This document shows, piece by piece, positions 49,654-59,268 of a stretch of 64,000 nt of DNA (positions are counted from its first letter, which is position 1; every line of letters begins with the position of its first letter). The DNA is taken from positions 32,001 through 96,000 of IMG/VR virus record IMGVR_UViG_3300032224_000591; one strand, 5' to 3'. A model generated the notes under the pieces. That model saw nothing but the letters and a program-made list of their open reading frames with translations, was not told the DNA's origin and did no database searches. Source of the stretch: a virus. Both the position numbers and the translations under genes were made by a program.

Positions 49654-51391
49654 CGATATTCTGAAAGTAGCACACGATAGAATCAGAGGCGTGCACTCTT
49701 CTACTACTTCCGACCTTTCAACAGGTAAGGATCCTGGTGTAGACTATGCACCTAGAGCTGCTGGTGAGCAAGATTTTATTGCAAAGCATTCTGTACAGAA
49801 GTGGGATGAGCCTGAGGGTAATCCTAACTATGCTGATAAGTTAAAGTATTCTCTTGATAAAGAGACACGCCATGGCTATACAGAGCCAAAGGCCAAGAAA
49901 GTCAATGAGTCAAAAAAAGCCGAGGACACTAAGTGCAATAAAACTCCAGGCCAAACTTGGTGTCCGCTTCATGAGATGGCCGACTGCTCTAAGTCGACTA
50001 CAATTAAAGAAGATTCTGAATATGGTATGGCTCGTAATGAGCTTGCTACAGCTTCGCGTGCTATCGATAGATTAAATGCTAAGATGGGTAAGGGCGAAGG
50101 CGAGCTTGAGGCTTGGGTCCAGGCTAAAATTACTAAGGCTTCTGATTACTTAGACACTGTAGCTGACTATATGGAAAGCGGCACTATTAAAGAAGCCTAT
50201 GATGACAACAGCACTAAGGTAAGTGACTGGTCAGATAAGAAGCTGAAGTGGCATGCTAGTGATGATAGAAAGCATTCATCATCACATGTGCCGGCATGGT
50301 CAGAGCTTAAGCGCCGCGCCAAGACTTCAGCACCGAAGAAAACTAATGAAGAAGTAGAAGAGATTGAAGAACTTTCATCCGCACTTCTTTATAGAGCTAA
50401 ACAGTCTGCTCAAAAGAAAGCTGGCTGGTTAATGCCAGGTGATGGTGGCAAGGGTGACAAAGCATGGAACAGAGTTAAGAAGTTCCGTGATGCTGGCGTA
50501 GCAAAAGAAAAGCAAGAAAAAGCTGCTGTCAAGGAAGAAGTCCTCGATGAGAAGATGACAGATATGCAGAAGAAAACAGTTAAAGCTATTCAGACTTATA
50601 GAGATAAGGCTGGTATTGCTAAGCCGTCTATTACTGACACTAAGCGTTCTATTAAGTTCGTAAAGCAGAATGAAGAAGTAGAGCAGATTGATGAGCTTTC
50701 ACCTGCAACTCTTACTTCATATAAGGCTAAAGCTGCAGGTTCAGAGAAGGCATTAACAGATAAGTCTTCTACACTTTCTGTTCCTGCAAAGGACCGTAAT
50801 GTCGCTGCTGCAAAAGCTAACCAGCGCAGACAAGGTATGAATCTTGCTACCAAGAAACTTGGTGAAGAAGCTATCGATGAGATTTCGAAAGATCTTACTA
50901 AGAGCTATATTAGAAAAGCAACTCAGGATGTGGATAATACTCCAGAGGATGATGATAATGCAACAAGGAAGCTTAACAATCGTGAGAGCGGTATTCGTAC
51001 TGCTTCGATGAAGAAGAATGCTTCGAAGTATGTTAAAGTGCCGGCAACTGAAGAAGTAGTTAGTGAAGTTTTAACTAAATCAACAACTGCTGATAAAACT
51101 ATTGATGACTTTGTTCATTCAAAGAATCCACAGTTTGCTGGTAAGTCAAAAGAGAAGCGTAAGCAAATGGCTCTTGCAGCTTACTATGCTAAGCAGCGTA
51201 ACGAAGAGACTGATCCCGGTTTTAAGGAAGGTCATGTCCCTGATCATCAGCCGAAGCTTGCTCCAAAGGATGCTTCTACAATGTCAAAGGTTGCAGCTAT
51301 GATGGCTAAAGAGAGAGAATCTTTTCGTCAAAGGCAAGCAGGTAACACTGCTAAGCTAGTAGCCGCAAATAAGTCTGGGAAGGATTCCTAA
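49637..51391 (+). CDS. Prohead core/internal head protein with repeated EE.E.IDE[LI]S motifs
   Basis: ATG 49637 after GAGGAAG; Lys-rich modules separated by acidic I/L-x-E motifs; located between portal and protease genes. Confidence 0.6.
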   Translation: MAKSLNDILKVAHDRIRGVHSSTTSDLSTGKDPGVDYAPRAAGEQDFIAKHSVQKWDEPEGNPNYADKLKYSLDKETRHGYTEPKAKKVNESKKAEDTKCNKTPGQTWCPLHEMADCSKSTTIKEDSEYGMARNELATASRAIDRLNAKMGKGEGELEAWVQAKITKASDYLDTVADYMESGTIKEAYDDNSTKVSDWSDKKLKWHASDDRKHSSSHVPAWSELKRRAKTSAPKKTNEEVEEIEELSSALLYRAKQSAQKKAGWLMPGDGGKGDKAWNRVKKFRDAGVAKEKQEKAAVKEEVLDEKMTDMQKKTVKAIQTYRDKAGIAKPSITDTKRSIKFVKQNEEVEQIDELSPATLTSYKAKAAGSEKALTDKSSTLSVPAKDRNVAAAKANQRRQGMNLATKKLGEEAIDEISKDLTKSYIRKATQDVDNTPEDDDNATRKLNNRESGIRTASMKKNASKYVKVPATEEVVSEVLTKSTTADKTIDDFVHSKNPQFAGKSKEKRKQMALAAYYAKQRNEETDPGFKEGHVPDHQPKLAPKDASTMSKVAAMMAKERESFRQRQAGNTAKLVAANKSGKDS

Positions 51392-51636
51392 TGTCTAATA
51401 TTGTAAAGCCAACAGCTAATCAAATCTCACTAACAACAGCTAATACTGTTTACGGTTCACAGATCGTTTATATCGCTGCCACAACAGCTGCTGTAATTAC
51501 TACAGCTAATTCATCTGGTCAAATTGGTTCGTTTACACTTCCTGCTAATCAGTGGGTATTTGTTGCTAAAAATGCAACTGATACTATTGCCGCTAACGTA
51601 GCAGTATTTGCAACAGCTGCATCGTTTAGAGGGTAA
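51391..51636 (+). CDS. Small beta-rich virion protein
   Basis: 81 aa Ala/Thr-rich ORF coupled to both neighbours, upstream of gp21. Confidence 0.55.
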   Translation: MSNIVKPTANQISLTTANTVYGSQIVYIAATTAAVITTANSSGQIGSFTLPANQWVFVAKNATDTIAANVAVFATAASFRG

Positions 51637-51637
51637 C

Positions 51638-52315
51638 ATGAAGCTCATCACAGAACTTTTCGAGGGTGTAGATTATCTTTCTGAAGCTAAGGAAACTGGC
51701 GAGAAGGAACACTATATCCATGGTATCTTCATGCAAGCTAATATGCGTAATAAGAATGGTCGTGAGTATCCACATGACATTATGGAACCAGCAGTTAACA
51801 AGTATGTCAATGAGCAGGTTATGAATAACCGCGCTTATGGTGAACTAGGTCATCCTGCTGGTCCGTCTATTAATCTTGATCGTGTATCGCATCTTATCGT
51901 GTCACTTCACTTCGAAGGTCACAATGTCATTGGTAAGGCAAAACTTACCAATACGCCAATGGGTAATATTGCTAGAGGTCTATTAGAGTCAGGTGCAAAC
52001 CTAGGTGTTTCATCACGTGGTCTTGGCACACTAACAGCCGGTAAAGATGGAGTGATGGTTGTTGGTCGCGACTTCCATATTGCTACAGCAGCTGATATTG
52101 TAGCGGATCCTTCTGCACCTCATGCATTTGTGAAGGGTATCATGGAAAATGCTGAATGGGTATATGATCCTGTTAAGGATACATGGCATGAAGAAAGACT
52201 AGACAATATTAAGAAGGGTGTACATAAGATGTCAAAAAGACAGCTTGAGGAAAGCAATCTTCGCATCTTTGAGAACTATCTGAGTTCACTTGCTTTCAAG
52301 AATAAATCTATATAA
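51638..52315 (+). CDS. gp21: Prohead protease gp21
   Basis: MKLITE, GIFMQ....NKNGR.Y, AYGELGHP, LGVSSRGLG, ADIVADPSAP.AFV. Confidence 0.95.
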   Translation: MKLITELFEGVDYLSEAKETGEKEHYIHGIFMQANMRNKNGREYPHDIMEPAVNKYVNEQVMNNRAYGELGHPAGPSINLDRVSHLIVSLHFEGHNVIGKAKLTNTPMGNIARGLLESGANLGVSSRGLGTLTAGKDGVMVVGRDFHIATAADIVADPSAPHAFVKGIMENAEWVYDPVKDTWHEERLDNIKKGVHKMSKRQLEESNLRIFENYLSSLAFKNKSI

Positions 52316-52318
52316 ATA
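52311..52318 (+). promoter_or_regulatory. T4 late promoter TATAAATA for gp22
   Basis: Perfect consensus 29 nt upstream of gp22. Confidence 0.8.
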
Positions 52319-52347
52319 ATTGTAAATCAAAGGGGGAGACCTTTCAA

Positions 52348-53382
52348 ATGACAGATCAAGTACAAAACGACATTGAAGAGGGCACGACTGCTGCTGACTC
52401 ACTTCATCCTGCTTCTCAGTCAGGCGGTTCTGATGAGGATTCCAAGTTTAGTGTAATCGCAAAGGCTATCGGTGCGATGCATGCCATGCGCAAGGAAGAC
52501 CTTGTTAAGTGGTTCGATCAGCAGCAAGCTGTATTCGGTCCTGGTAAGGATTATGGTGTCGGCGACAAGTCTGGTGCAAACCAGTCATCAATTGACATGG
52601 CAGCAGGCGCTGGTCCTAAGACACGTGACCCAATGCCGAAGCTCTCTGTCAAGGAAGATGTCGAGGAGATGTTCTCTGGTTCTGACCTTACTGAAGAGTT
52701 TAAGGAGAAGGCATCAACTCTATTCGAAGCAGCTCTCCATGCGCGCGTTATCGCTGAGACAGTACGTCTTGAGGAAGAGTTCGATGCTCGCCTTGAAGAG
52801 GCAGTTTCTGAAATCAATGAAGAGCTAACAACTAAGGTCGATTCCTATCTTGACTATGTAGTCGAGAGCTGGATGGAAGAGAACGCAGTTGCAATTGAGT
52901 CTACACTTCGTAACGAAGTTATGGATGAGTTCATTGAAGGCCTTAAGGGTCTATTCAACGAGCATTATATCAATATTCCTGAGAACAAGATTGACGTCCT
53001 TGAGTCCCTAGCTGACAAGGTACAAGAGCTCGAGGCACAGCTTGATGATTCAATCAACGAGAACATCGAAATCAAGCAGGCTTTTGTTGAAGCTGAAAAG
53101 GAAAATGTGTTCGAGTCGTTTGTTGATAGTCTAGCACTATCTCAACAGGAAAAGTTTAAGGCCCTCGCTGAGGGTATTACTTTCGACGGCGACGTTGAAA
53201 CATACGCTAAGAAGCTTTCCATCATTAAGGAAAAGTATTTCAACGGCGAGAAGACTGCACCCGTCTCAACTAATATCGAAGAAGAGACATTCGAGGGTGG
53301 AGAGACGCTTACAGAGTCAGTGTATGTTGACCCATCTGTAAACAGATATGTGCAGGCTATTTCGAGAACCCTTAAGAAGTAA
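52348..53382 (+). CDS. gp22: Prohead scaffold protein gp22
   Basis: LTEEFKEKASTLFEAA, VDSYLDYVVE.WM.EN..AIE, FIEGLK.LF.EHYI.IP, KL..IKEKYF. Confidence 0.93.
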   Translation: MTDQVQNDIEEGTTAADSLHPASQSGGSDEDSKFSVIAKAIGAMHAMRKEDLVKWFDQQQAVFGPGKDYGVGDKSGANQSSIDMAAGAGPKTRDPMPKLSVKEDVEEMFSGSDLTEEFKEKASTLFEAALHARVIAETVRLEEEFDARLEEAVSEINEELTTKVDSYLDYVVESWMEENAVAIESTLRNEVMDEFIEGLKGLFNEHYINIPENKIDVLESLADKVQELEAQLDDSINENIEIKQAFVEAEKENVFESFVDSLALSQQEKFKALAEGITFDGDVETYAKKLSIIKEKYFNGEKTAPVSTNIEEETFEGGETLTESVYVDPSVNRYVQAISRTLKK

Positions 53383-53389
53383 GTCCTAA

Positions 53390-53395
53390 TAAATA
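53390..53395 (+). promoter_or_regulatory. Late promoter (AATAAATA) for gp23
   Basis: Intergenic TAAATA 31 nt upstream of gp23; AAGGAG SD. Confidence 0.75.
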
Positions 53396-53426
53396 ATATA
53401 CAACCAGAAACACAAAGGAGACACAA

Positions 53427-54854
53427 ATGTTTCTAGCTGAGGAAATTCAAAAGAAGTGGGCACCAGTCCTTGATCACGAAGGTCTTGGTGCTATTAAGGA
53501 TCAGACCCGTCGTTCAGTAACGGCAGTCGTCCTCGAGAATACAGAGCGCGCTCTTCGTGAGGCCGGCTCTCATGGTCAGTACCAGACACTTTCAGAGGCG
53601 CCTACAGCTGCTTCTGTAATTCCTGCGAACTTCATGGGCGGCTCGTCTTCAACAGCAGCAGCTGGCGGTATCGATACGTTCGATCCTGTTCTTATCTCTC
53701 TAGTCCGCCGTGCAATGCCTAACCTCATTGCATACGACATCTGCGGCGTTCAGCCGATGACTGGCCCAACCGGCCTGATCTTCGCAATGCGCAGCAAGTA
53801 TACAAACCAGGCTAACGGCAACAGCGGTTATACTGGCAACCAGAACAATGAAACTTTCTACAACGAAGTTAACACTGCGTTCTCGACTGTTTCTGGCAAC
53901 GTCACTACCTCAGCTGTTGGCTTTGGTCAGGGTAACACCACACAAGGTGCATTCACTGGTACAATCCCAGGTGCTTCTAACACATCTCCTCTATCAGCTG
54001 TTGGTACATACAACACTGGTACTGGAATGTCAACAGCACAGGCTGAAGCTCTTGGTACTTACAACAACTCAGACTTTGCTCAGATGGCATTCAGCATTGA
54101 GAAGGTTACCGTCACTGCAAAGTCACGTGCCCTTAAGGCTGAGTACTCAATGGAGCTAGCACAGGATCTTAAGGCCATTCACGGTCTAGATGCTGAGACA
54201 GAGCTTGCAAACATTCTTTCGGCTGAAATCCTTGCAGAAATCAACCGTGAAGTTGTTCGTACAATCAACATCACTGCTGTTGCCGGTGCTACCGACAATA
54301 CAACAACATCTGGCGTATTCGATCTTGATACAGATTCCAACGGTCGTTGGTCTGTTGAAAAGTTCAAGGGTCTTATGTTCCAGCTTGAGCGTGAAGCTAA
54401 CCAGATTGCTAAGCAGACTCGTCGCGGTAAGGGTAACATTGTTATCTGCTCTTCAGACGTTGCTTCAGCTCTTCAGATGGCCGGCGTTCTTGACTACACA
54501 CCTGCTCTTGCTAGCAACAACCTTCAGGTTGACGACACTGGCAACACCTTCGCTGGTGTTCTTAACGGTCGCCTAAAGGTCTATATCGATCCATACGCAA
54601 TCGGCGGTAACTACCTAGTGGTTGGTTATAAGGGCGCTTCAGCATTCGATGCTGGTCTCTTCTACTGCCCATACGTTCCGCTTCAGATGGTCCGCGCTGT
54701 TGACCAGTCAAGCTTCCAGCCTAAGATTGGTTTCAAGACTCGTTACGGAATGGTTGCAAACCCATTCGCAGAGGGTCTGAACCAGGGTTCTGGTGCTCTG
54801 ACAATCAACACCAACAAGTACTATCGTCGCGTTATCGTCAACAACCTGATGTAA
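53427..54854 (+). CDS. gp23: Major capsid protein gp23
   Basis: FDPVLISLVRRAMPNLIAYDICGVQPMTGPTGLIFAMR, KSRALKAEYSMELAQDLKAIHGLDAE, FQPKIGFKTRYG. Confidence 0.98.
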   Translation: MFLAEEIQKKWAPVLDHEGLGAIKDQTRRSVTAVVLENTERALREAGSHGQYQTLSEAPTAASVIPANFMGGSSSTAAAGGIDTFDPVLISLVRRAMPNLIAYDICGVQPMTGPTGLIFAMRSKYTNQANGNSGYTGNQNNETFYNEVNTAFSTVSGNVTTSAVGFGQGNTTQGAFTGTIPGASNTSPLSAVGTYNTGTGMSTAQAEALGTYNNSDFAQMAFSIEKVTVTAKSRALKAEYSMELAQDLKAIHGLDAETELANILSAEILAEINREVVRTINITAVAGATDNTTTSGVFDLDTDSNGRWSVEKFKGLMFQLEREANQIAKQTRRGKGNIVICSSDVASALQMAGVLDYTPALASNNLQVDDTGNTFAGVLNGRLKVYIDPYAIGGNYLVVGYKGASAFDAGLFYCPYVPLQMVRAVDQSSFQPKIGFKTRYGMVANPFAEGLNQGSGALTINTNKYYRRVIVNNLM

Positions 54855-54889
54855 TTCAGGAAAGAAGACGGTTTCAAGCCGCAAACTTT

Positions 54890-54915
54890 AAGGGCAGCTT
54901 CGGCTGCCCTTTTTT
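54890..54915 (+). terminator. Rho-independent terminator after gp23
   Basis: AGGGCAGC-TTCG-GCTGCCCT hairpin (UUCG tetraloop) followed by a T run. Confidence 0.9.
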
Positions 54916-54919
54916 AGTA

Positions 54920-54948
54920 TGTACATCTGAGTCTATCTGCTGTATAAT
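54920..54948 (+). promoter_or_regulatory. Sigma70-like promoter upstream of gp3
   Basis: TGTACA-17 nt-TATAAT. Confidence 0.45.
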
Positions 54949-54968
54949 AGCTATATCAGGGACAACGA

Positions 54969-54974
54969 TAAATA
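54969..54974 (+). promoter_or_regulatory. Late promoter-like TAAATA for gp3
   Basis: GATAAATA 23 nt upstream of ATG 54998. Confidence 0.6.
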
Positions 54975-54997
54975 GGTAACCAATATGGAGACCTTGC

Positions 54998-55522
54998 ATG
55001 GCAGCCACTGATAACACCCCAACAAATAAGAACTTTCTAAGTCCGTTGAACTTTAAGTTCCTTCTGAAGAGAGCGCCTCATATTAATTTCTTTGTAGTCA
55101 AGGCTAATATCCCATCTATCTCACTTCCTGTGATTGATATTCCTAACGTCTTTATTGATATTCCTACCACTCAGACACATCTTAAATATGGCATATTCTC
55201 GATTACCTTTCAGGTTGATGAGGATATGCTGAACTATATGGAAATCCATGATTGGATCCGTGCACTCGGTTTCCCTGATAATTTCGATGAGTATAAGAAG
55301 CTGACTATGGTTCCTCAGTACACGGGCGAGGGACTACGCTCTGATATTGGATTAGTTATTCTCAACTCCACAAAGACACCAAACTTCGAGTTTGCCTTTC
55401 GTGATGCCTTCCCAACATATTTGTCAGATGTTACTTTTGACACGACCCTTCAAGATGTACAGTATATCACGGCTACGGCTGAGTTTGCATATACTATGTA
55501 CGATGTCACTCGACCTGACTAA
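54998..55522 (+). CDS. gp3: Tail tube terminator/completion protein gp3
   Basis: NFLSP..FKF...RAP...FF...ANIP.I.L, F.VDEDM.NY.EI..W, F.DAFP..LS...FD. Confidence 0.85.
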   Translation: MAATDNTPTNKNFLSPLNFKFLLKRAPHINFFVVKANIPSISLPVIDIPNVFIDIPTTQTHLKYGIFSITFQVDEDMLNYMEIHDWIRALGFPDNFDEYKKLTMVPQYTGEGLRSDIGLVILNSTKTPNFEFAFRDAFPTYLSDVTFDTTLQDVQYITATAEFAYTMYDVTRPD

Positions 55523-55529
55523 AAACTAG

Positions 55530-55558
55530 TTTACATTCACTGAAATCTGTGGTATAAT
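55530..55558 (+). promoter_or_regulatory. Sigma70-like early/middle promoter for the uvsY operon
   Basis: TTTACA-17 nt-TATAAT with extended -10 TG. Confidence 0.7.
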
Positions 55559-55586
55559 TAAACCTCAGAATAAGTCAGGATGTATT

Positions 55587-56021
55587 ATGAAGCTAGAAGA
55601 CATTTATGAAGAGTGGAAGAAAGACTCAGACATCGACAAGACAGAGCTCGGTGATGAGGCATTAAAGATCCCCAAACTCCATCATAAGTACTATCAGATG
55701 TTCACACATGAGCGTCTGCTTCTTCGTAAATACGAGGCTGATTTCAAGAACCTCAAACTCTCTAAGTATGAGTTCTATACTATGGGGCCGACTGAGGAAT
55801 CTAGGGATAAAGGTTGGCAGCTACCTGCGCGCGGTATGATCCTTAAATCGGATCTACCTATGTACATGGAAGCTGATAAAGATATTGTTGACATGTCGCT
55901 ACGAATTGGTATGCAGCAGGAGAAGATTGAGCTCCTAGAGTCTATCATCAAGAGCCTTGTTAATAGAGGGTTTCAAATTAAGTCTGCAATTGAGTGGACA
56001 AAATTCACCATGGGTGCTTGA
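55587..56021 (+). CDS. uvsY: Recombination mediator UvsY
   Basis: W.KDS.ID...L..E.LKIP.LH.KY, Y.EAD.DI, RGFQIKSAIEW.KF. Confidence 0.9.
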   Translation: MKLEDIYEEWKKDSDIDKTELGDEALKIPKLHHKYYQMFTHERLLLRKYEADFKNLKLSKYEFYTMGPTEESRDKGWQLPARGMILKSDLPMYMEADKDIVDMSLRIGMQQEKIELLESIIKSLVNRGFQIKSAIEWTKFTMGA

Positions 56022-57475
56022 TGGAAATAATTGAGATCAGTCGATCTGATCACATATATAATAAGATTAGTGCTGAACCTAGTATCATGATGGAGCTCAA
56101 TGAGCACTTCACATTTGAGGTACCAGGTGCAAAGTTTATGCCATCCTATAAGAGTAAGTTCTGGGATGGTAAGATTCGTTTGTTTAATCCAATGACTGGA
56201 CTATTGTATGCCGGACTTAACTCTAAGGTAGAGAAGTTCGCCAACAGCCGTAACTATCAAATCATCTATACGTCAGACTTCTCGCAGGCAGAGTTCTCTC
56301 TAAAAGAGGCCAATGACTTTATTGACACACTAGGTATCCCCGATAAATACGAGCGTAGAGACTATCAAGTTCAAGCCTTTGCTCACGCAGTACGTAATCA
56401 TAGAGCCTTGATGCTATCGCCGACGGCTTCTGGTAAGTCGTTTATCATATACCTATTAGTGAGATACTATCATGCACGCACTCTTATTATTGTGCCAACT
56501 ACTTCTCTGGTTAGTCAACTTGCCTCTGACTTTGCTGACTATGGTTTTGTATCTGATCGGTTCGTTCATCGAATCTTTGCTGGACAAGATAAACAAACGG
56601 ATAAACCGGTTACCATCTCAACCTGGCAGTCCATATATAAGATGCCTAAAGAGTACTTCCAACAATTTGATGTGGTCGTAGGTGATGAAGCTCACCTCTT
56701 TAAAGCAAAGAGTCTTACTTCTATTATGTCTAAGCTTAGCGGTTGCGCATATCGTTTTGGTTTCACTGGTACTCTTGACGGCGCCGAGACGAACGAACTC
56801 GTGCTTCAGGGTCTCTTCGGCGATGTTAAAAGAGTTACAACAACCTCAGAACTGATCGAGCAGAAACATCTATCAGACTTTAGAATCAAGATCATAGTGC
56901 TCAAGTACTCTGATGAGATTAAGAAGTCGCTGAAGGATACTGACTATCAGGCTGAGATGGACTTCTTAGTCAGGAACGAAGCGCGTAACAACTTTATTAA
57001 GAATCTAGCGTTATCACTTGAGGGTAACACACTTTTGCTGTTTCAATTTGTTGAAAAGCATGGTATAATGTTACATAATGAAATTAAGAAGGCTACAAAT
57101 AAGCCTGTTCACTTTGTCTATGGAGGTGTTGATGGGGATGATCGTGAAGCAATACGTAAGCTCGTGGAAGAGTCGACATCCAGTATTATCGTCGCTTCTT
57201 ACGGAACTTTCTCTACCGGTGTCAACATTCGTAATCTGCATAACGTTATATTTGCAAGTCCTTCAAAATCTAAAATAAGAAACTTACAGTCCATTGGACG
57301 CGGTCTAAGGAAAGCCGAGTCGAAGGAGGAAGCTGTACTCTACGATATAGCCGACGATCTTACGTGGAAGACACGTAAGAACTTTACACTACTTCATTTG
57401 GCAGAACGTGTCAAGATCTACAACGAGGAAGGGTTCGACTACAAGATCTACCAAGTCGCCCTCAAGGAATCATAA
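56021..57475 (+). CDS. uvsW: DNA helicase UvsW
   Basis: WDGKIRLF, SPTASGKS, VVGDEAH, GFTGTL, ASYGTFSTGVNIRNLHN, LQSIGRGLR; start at ATG 56021 (TGATG coupling). Confidence 0.95.
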   Translation: MEIIEISRSDHIYNKISAEPSIMMELNEHFTFEVPGAKFMPSYKSKFWDGKIRLFNPMTGLLYAGLNSKVEKFANSRNYQIIYTSDFSQAEFSLKEANDFIDTLGIPDKYERRDYQVQAFAHAVRNHRALMLSPTASGKSFIIYLLVRYYHARTLIIVPTTSLVSQLASDFADYGFVSDRFVHRIFAGQDKQTDKPVTISTWQSIYKMPKEYFQQFDVVVGDEAHLFKAKSLTSIMSKLSGCAYRFGFTGTLDGAETNELVLQGLFGDVKRVTTTSELIEQKHLSDFRIKIIVLKYSDEIKKSLKDTDYQAEMDFLVRNEARNNFIKNLALSLEGNTLLLFQFVEKHGIMLHNEIKKATNKPVHFVYGGVDGDDREAIRKLVEESTSSIIVASYGTFSTGVNIRNLHNVIFASPSKSKIRNLQSIGRGLRKAESKEEAVLYDIADDLTWKTRKNFTLLHLAERVKIYNEEGFDYKIYQVALKES

Positions 57476-58047
57476 TGGAAACATATGTTAAACCTAAAGC
57501 TAAAAAGCACTATGTAAATAATAAGGACCTCTACCTTGCTATGGTAGCATGGAAGGAGAAGGTCGAGTTAGCTAAAACTCAAGACAGGCAACAACCTATT
57601 ATTCCAGATTATGTAGGCACGTGCTTTATGTTGATTTGCAATAAGCTATCAACCAAGCCAAACTTTATGAACTACTCTTATAGAGATGAGATGGTAGCTG
57701 ATGCGATCGAGAATTGTGTTGCAGCGGCACACAGCTTTGATCCAGCCAAATCAACCAACCCATTTGCATACTTTACGCAGATTGCATGGAATGCAATGTT
57801 GAGACGTATTGCTAAAGAGAAGAAGCAGTCATACGTCAAGCATAAGAACTTTGAGCATATCAATATGTTTGGCGAATTATCTGCTGAAGTCAACCATGGT
57901 CAGAAACTACACAACGAGTACTCTGAGGATCTAATTAGAAACTTTGAGGAAAAGCTTTTAAAGAACTCTAAGAAGGCTAAAGAAGCCGGTCTTGATAAGT
58001 TTATCGAGGAAGTGAAAAATGAAGAACCTACATCTAGTGCCAGTTAA
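57475..58047 (+). CDS. gp55: Late transcription sigma factor gp55
   Basis: HYVNNK, PNF.NYSYRDEMV.DAIENC, FDP.KS.NPFAYFTQI..NA.LRRI.KEKKQ. Confidence 0.95.
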   Translation: METYVKPKAKKHYVNNKDLYLAMVAWKEKVELAKTQDRQQPIIPDYVGTCFMLICNKLSTKPNFMNYSYRDEMVADAIENCVAAAHSFDPAKSTNPFAYFTQIAWNAMLRRIAKEKKQSYVKHKNFEHINMFGELSAEVNHGQKLHNEYSEDLIRNFEEKLLKNSKKAKEAGLDKFIEEVKNEEPTSSAS

Positions 58048-58207
58048 TATCCAAGACCTCGTCGAGAAGATGATGGACAAGAACACAAGAGATAACGAGA
58101 AGTATAACTATACTATTCGTGTAGAGGCTATTCGTGACTTTTGTAGTGAGGCAATTCGACAGACAGAGAATAAGATCTCTGCTCAGAAGAAGTTCGTTCG
58201 TAAATGA
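58019..58207 (+). CDS. Hypothetical protein
   Basis: 62 aa ORF between gp55 and gp47 with GAGG SD, overlapping both. Confidence 0.55.
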   Translation: MKNLHLVPVNIQDLVEKMMDKNTRDNEKYNYTIRVEAIRDFCSEAIRQTENKISAQKKFVRK

Positions 58208-59268
58208 AGATAGCGCTGATCACTGATACACATTGGGGTGTTCGTAATGATAACATTGCGTTCATGGACAACAGTAAGAAGTTCCTAGATGATATTTTCT
58301 TCCCATATCTGGATCAACACCATATTACCACTGTATGTCACCTGGGCGACCTGGTTGATAGGCGTAAGTACATTAACTACAATACTGCTTTCCGCCTTAG
58401 GCAAGATTTTCTCGCTCCAATTTTTGAGCGTGGCATCGATCTACACATTATTGCTGGCAACCATGATACTTATTTCAAGAACACTAATAGAGTCAATGCT
58501 CTAGATGAACTTGTAAGAGGTCGTTACAAGTTCAATGTTTACGACCAGATTCCACGTGAGGTGGAGTTTGATGACTGTACTGTTCTAATGCTACCATGGA
58601 TATGTGATGAGAATAGAGAAATCTGCCTACAAAAAGTCCGCACAACTCCTGCTTCAATCGTTATGGGACATCTCGAGCTTGCTGGTTTTGAAATGTACAG
58701 AGGCTCTATGGTCTCTCATGGAGATGATCGCAGTCCTTTTGATCGTTTTAATATGGTTCTTAGTGGTCACTATCACCATCGTTCCTCTGACGGCACTATC
58801 TATTATTTGGGAAGCCATGCGGAGTTCACGTGGTCAGACTACGACGATCCGAAAGGATTCCATATCCTAGACACTGATACAAAAAAGTTGGAGTTTATCA
58901 AAAATCCATTTTCAATGTTCGAGAAAGTGTGGTATAATGATACTGATCCTGGAAAAGAACCACAAGGTATTGATCTAAGTTACTTGAAGGGTAAGATCGT
59001 CAAGGTCATCGTCACTAGTAAGTCTAATCCATATCTGTTCGATAAGTTTATTGAGCAGATTGAGAAGGTTGGTGTTCTCGAGATGCAGATCGTTGATGAT
59101 CATATGAACCTTGGATTAGTGAATGATGATGACATCGTGAATGAGGCAGAGTCAACTATTGACATCTTCAAGACATACATATCCGGTATGGAGGTGCAGA
59201 ACGTTGACAAGCGTCGCCTCGAGAATACTATCACTGAACTTTACAATGAAGCGTTGACAATCGAATGA
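58204..59268 (+). CDS. gp47: Recombination endonuclease gp47 (Mre11/SbcD-like)
   Basis: ITDTHWG, LGDLVD, AGNHD, GHLE..GF, SGHYH metallophosphoesterase motifs. Confidence 0.95.
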   Translation: MKIALITDTHWGVRNDNIAFMDNSKKFLDDIFFPYLDQHHITTVCHLGDLVDRRKYINYNTAFRLRQDFLAPIFERGIDLHIIAGNHDTYFKNTNRVNALDELVRGRYKFNVYDQIPREVEFDDCTVLMLPWICDENREICLQKVRTTPASIVMGHLELAGFEMYRGSMVSHGDDRSPFDRFNMVLSGHYHHRSSDGTIYYLGSHAEFTWSDYDDPKGFHILDTDTKKLEFIKNPFSMFEKVWYNDTDPGKEPQGIDLSYLKGKIVKVIVTSKSNPYLFDKFIEQIEKVGVLEMQIVDDHMNLGLVNDDDIVNEAESTIDIFKTYISGMEVQNVDKRRLENTITELYNEALTIE

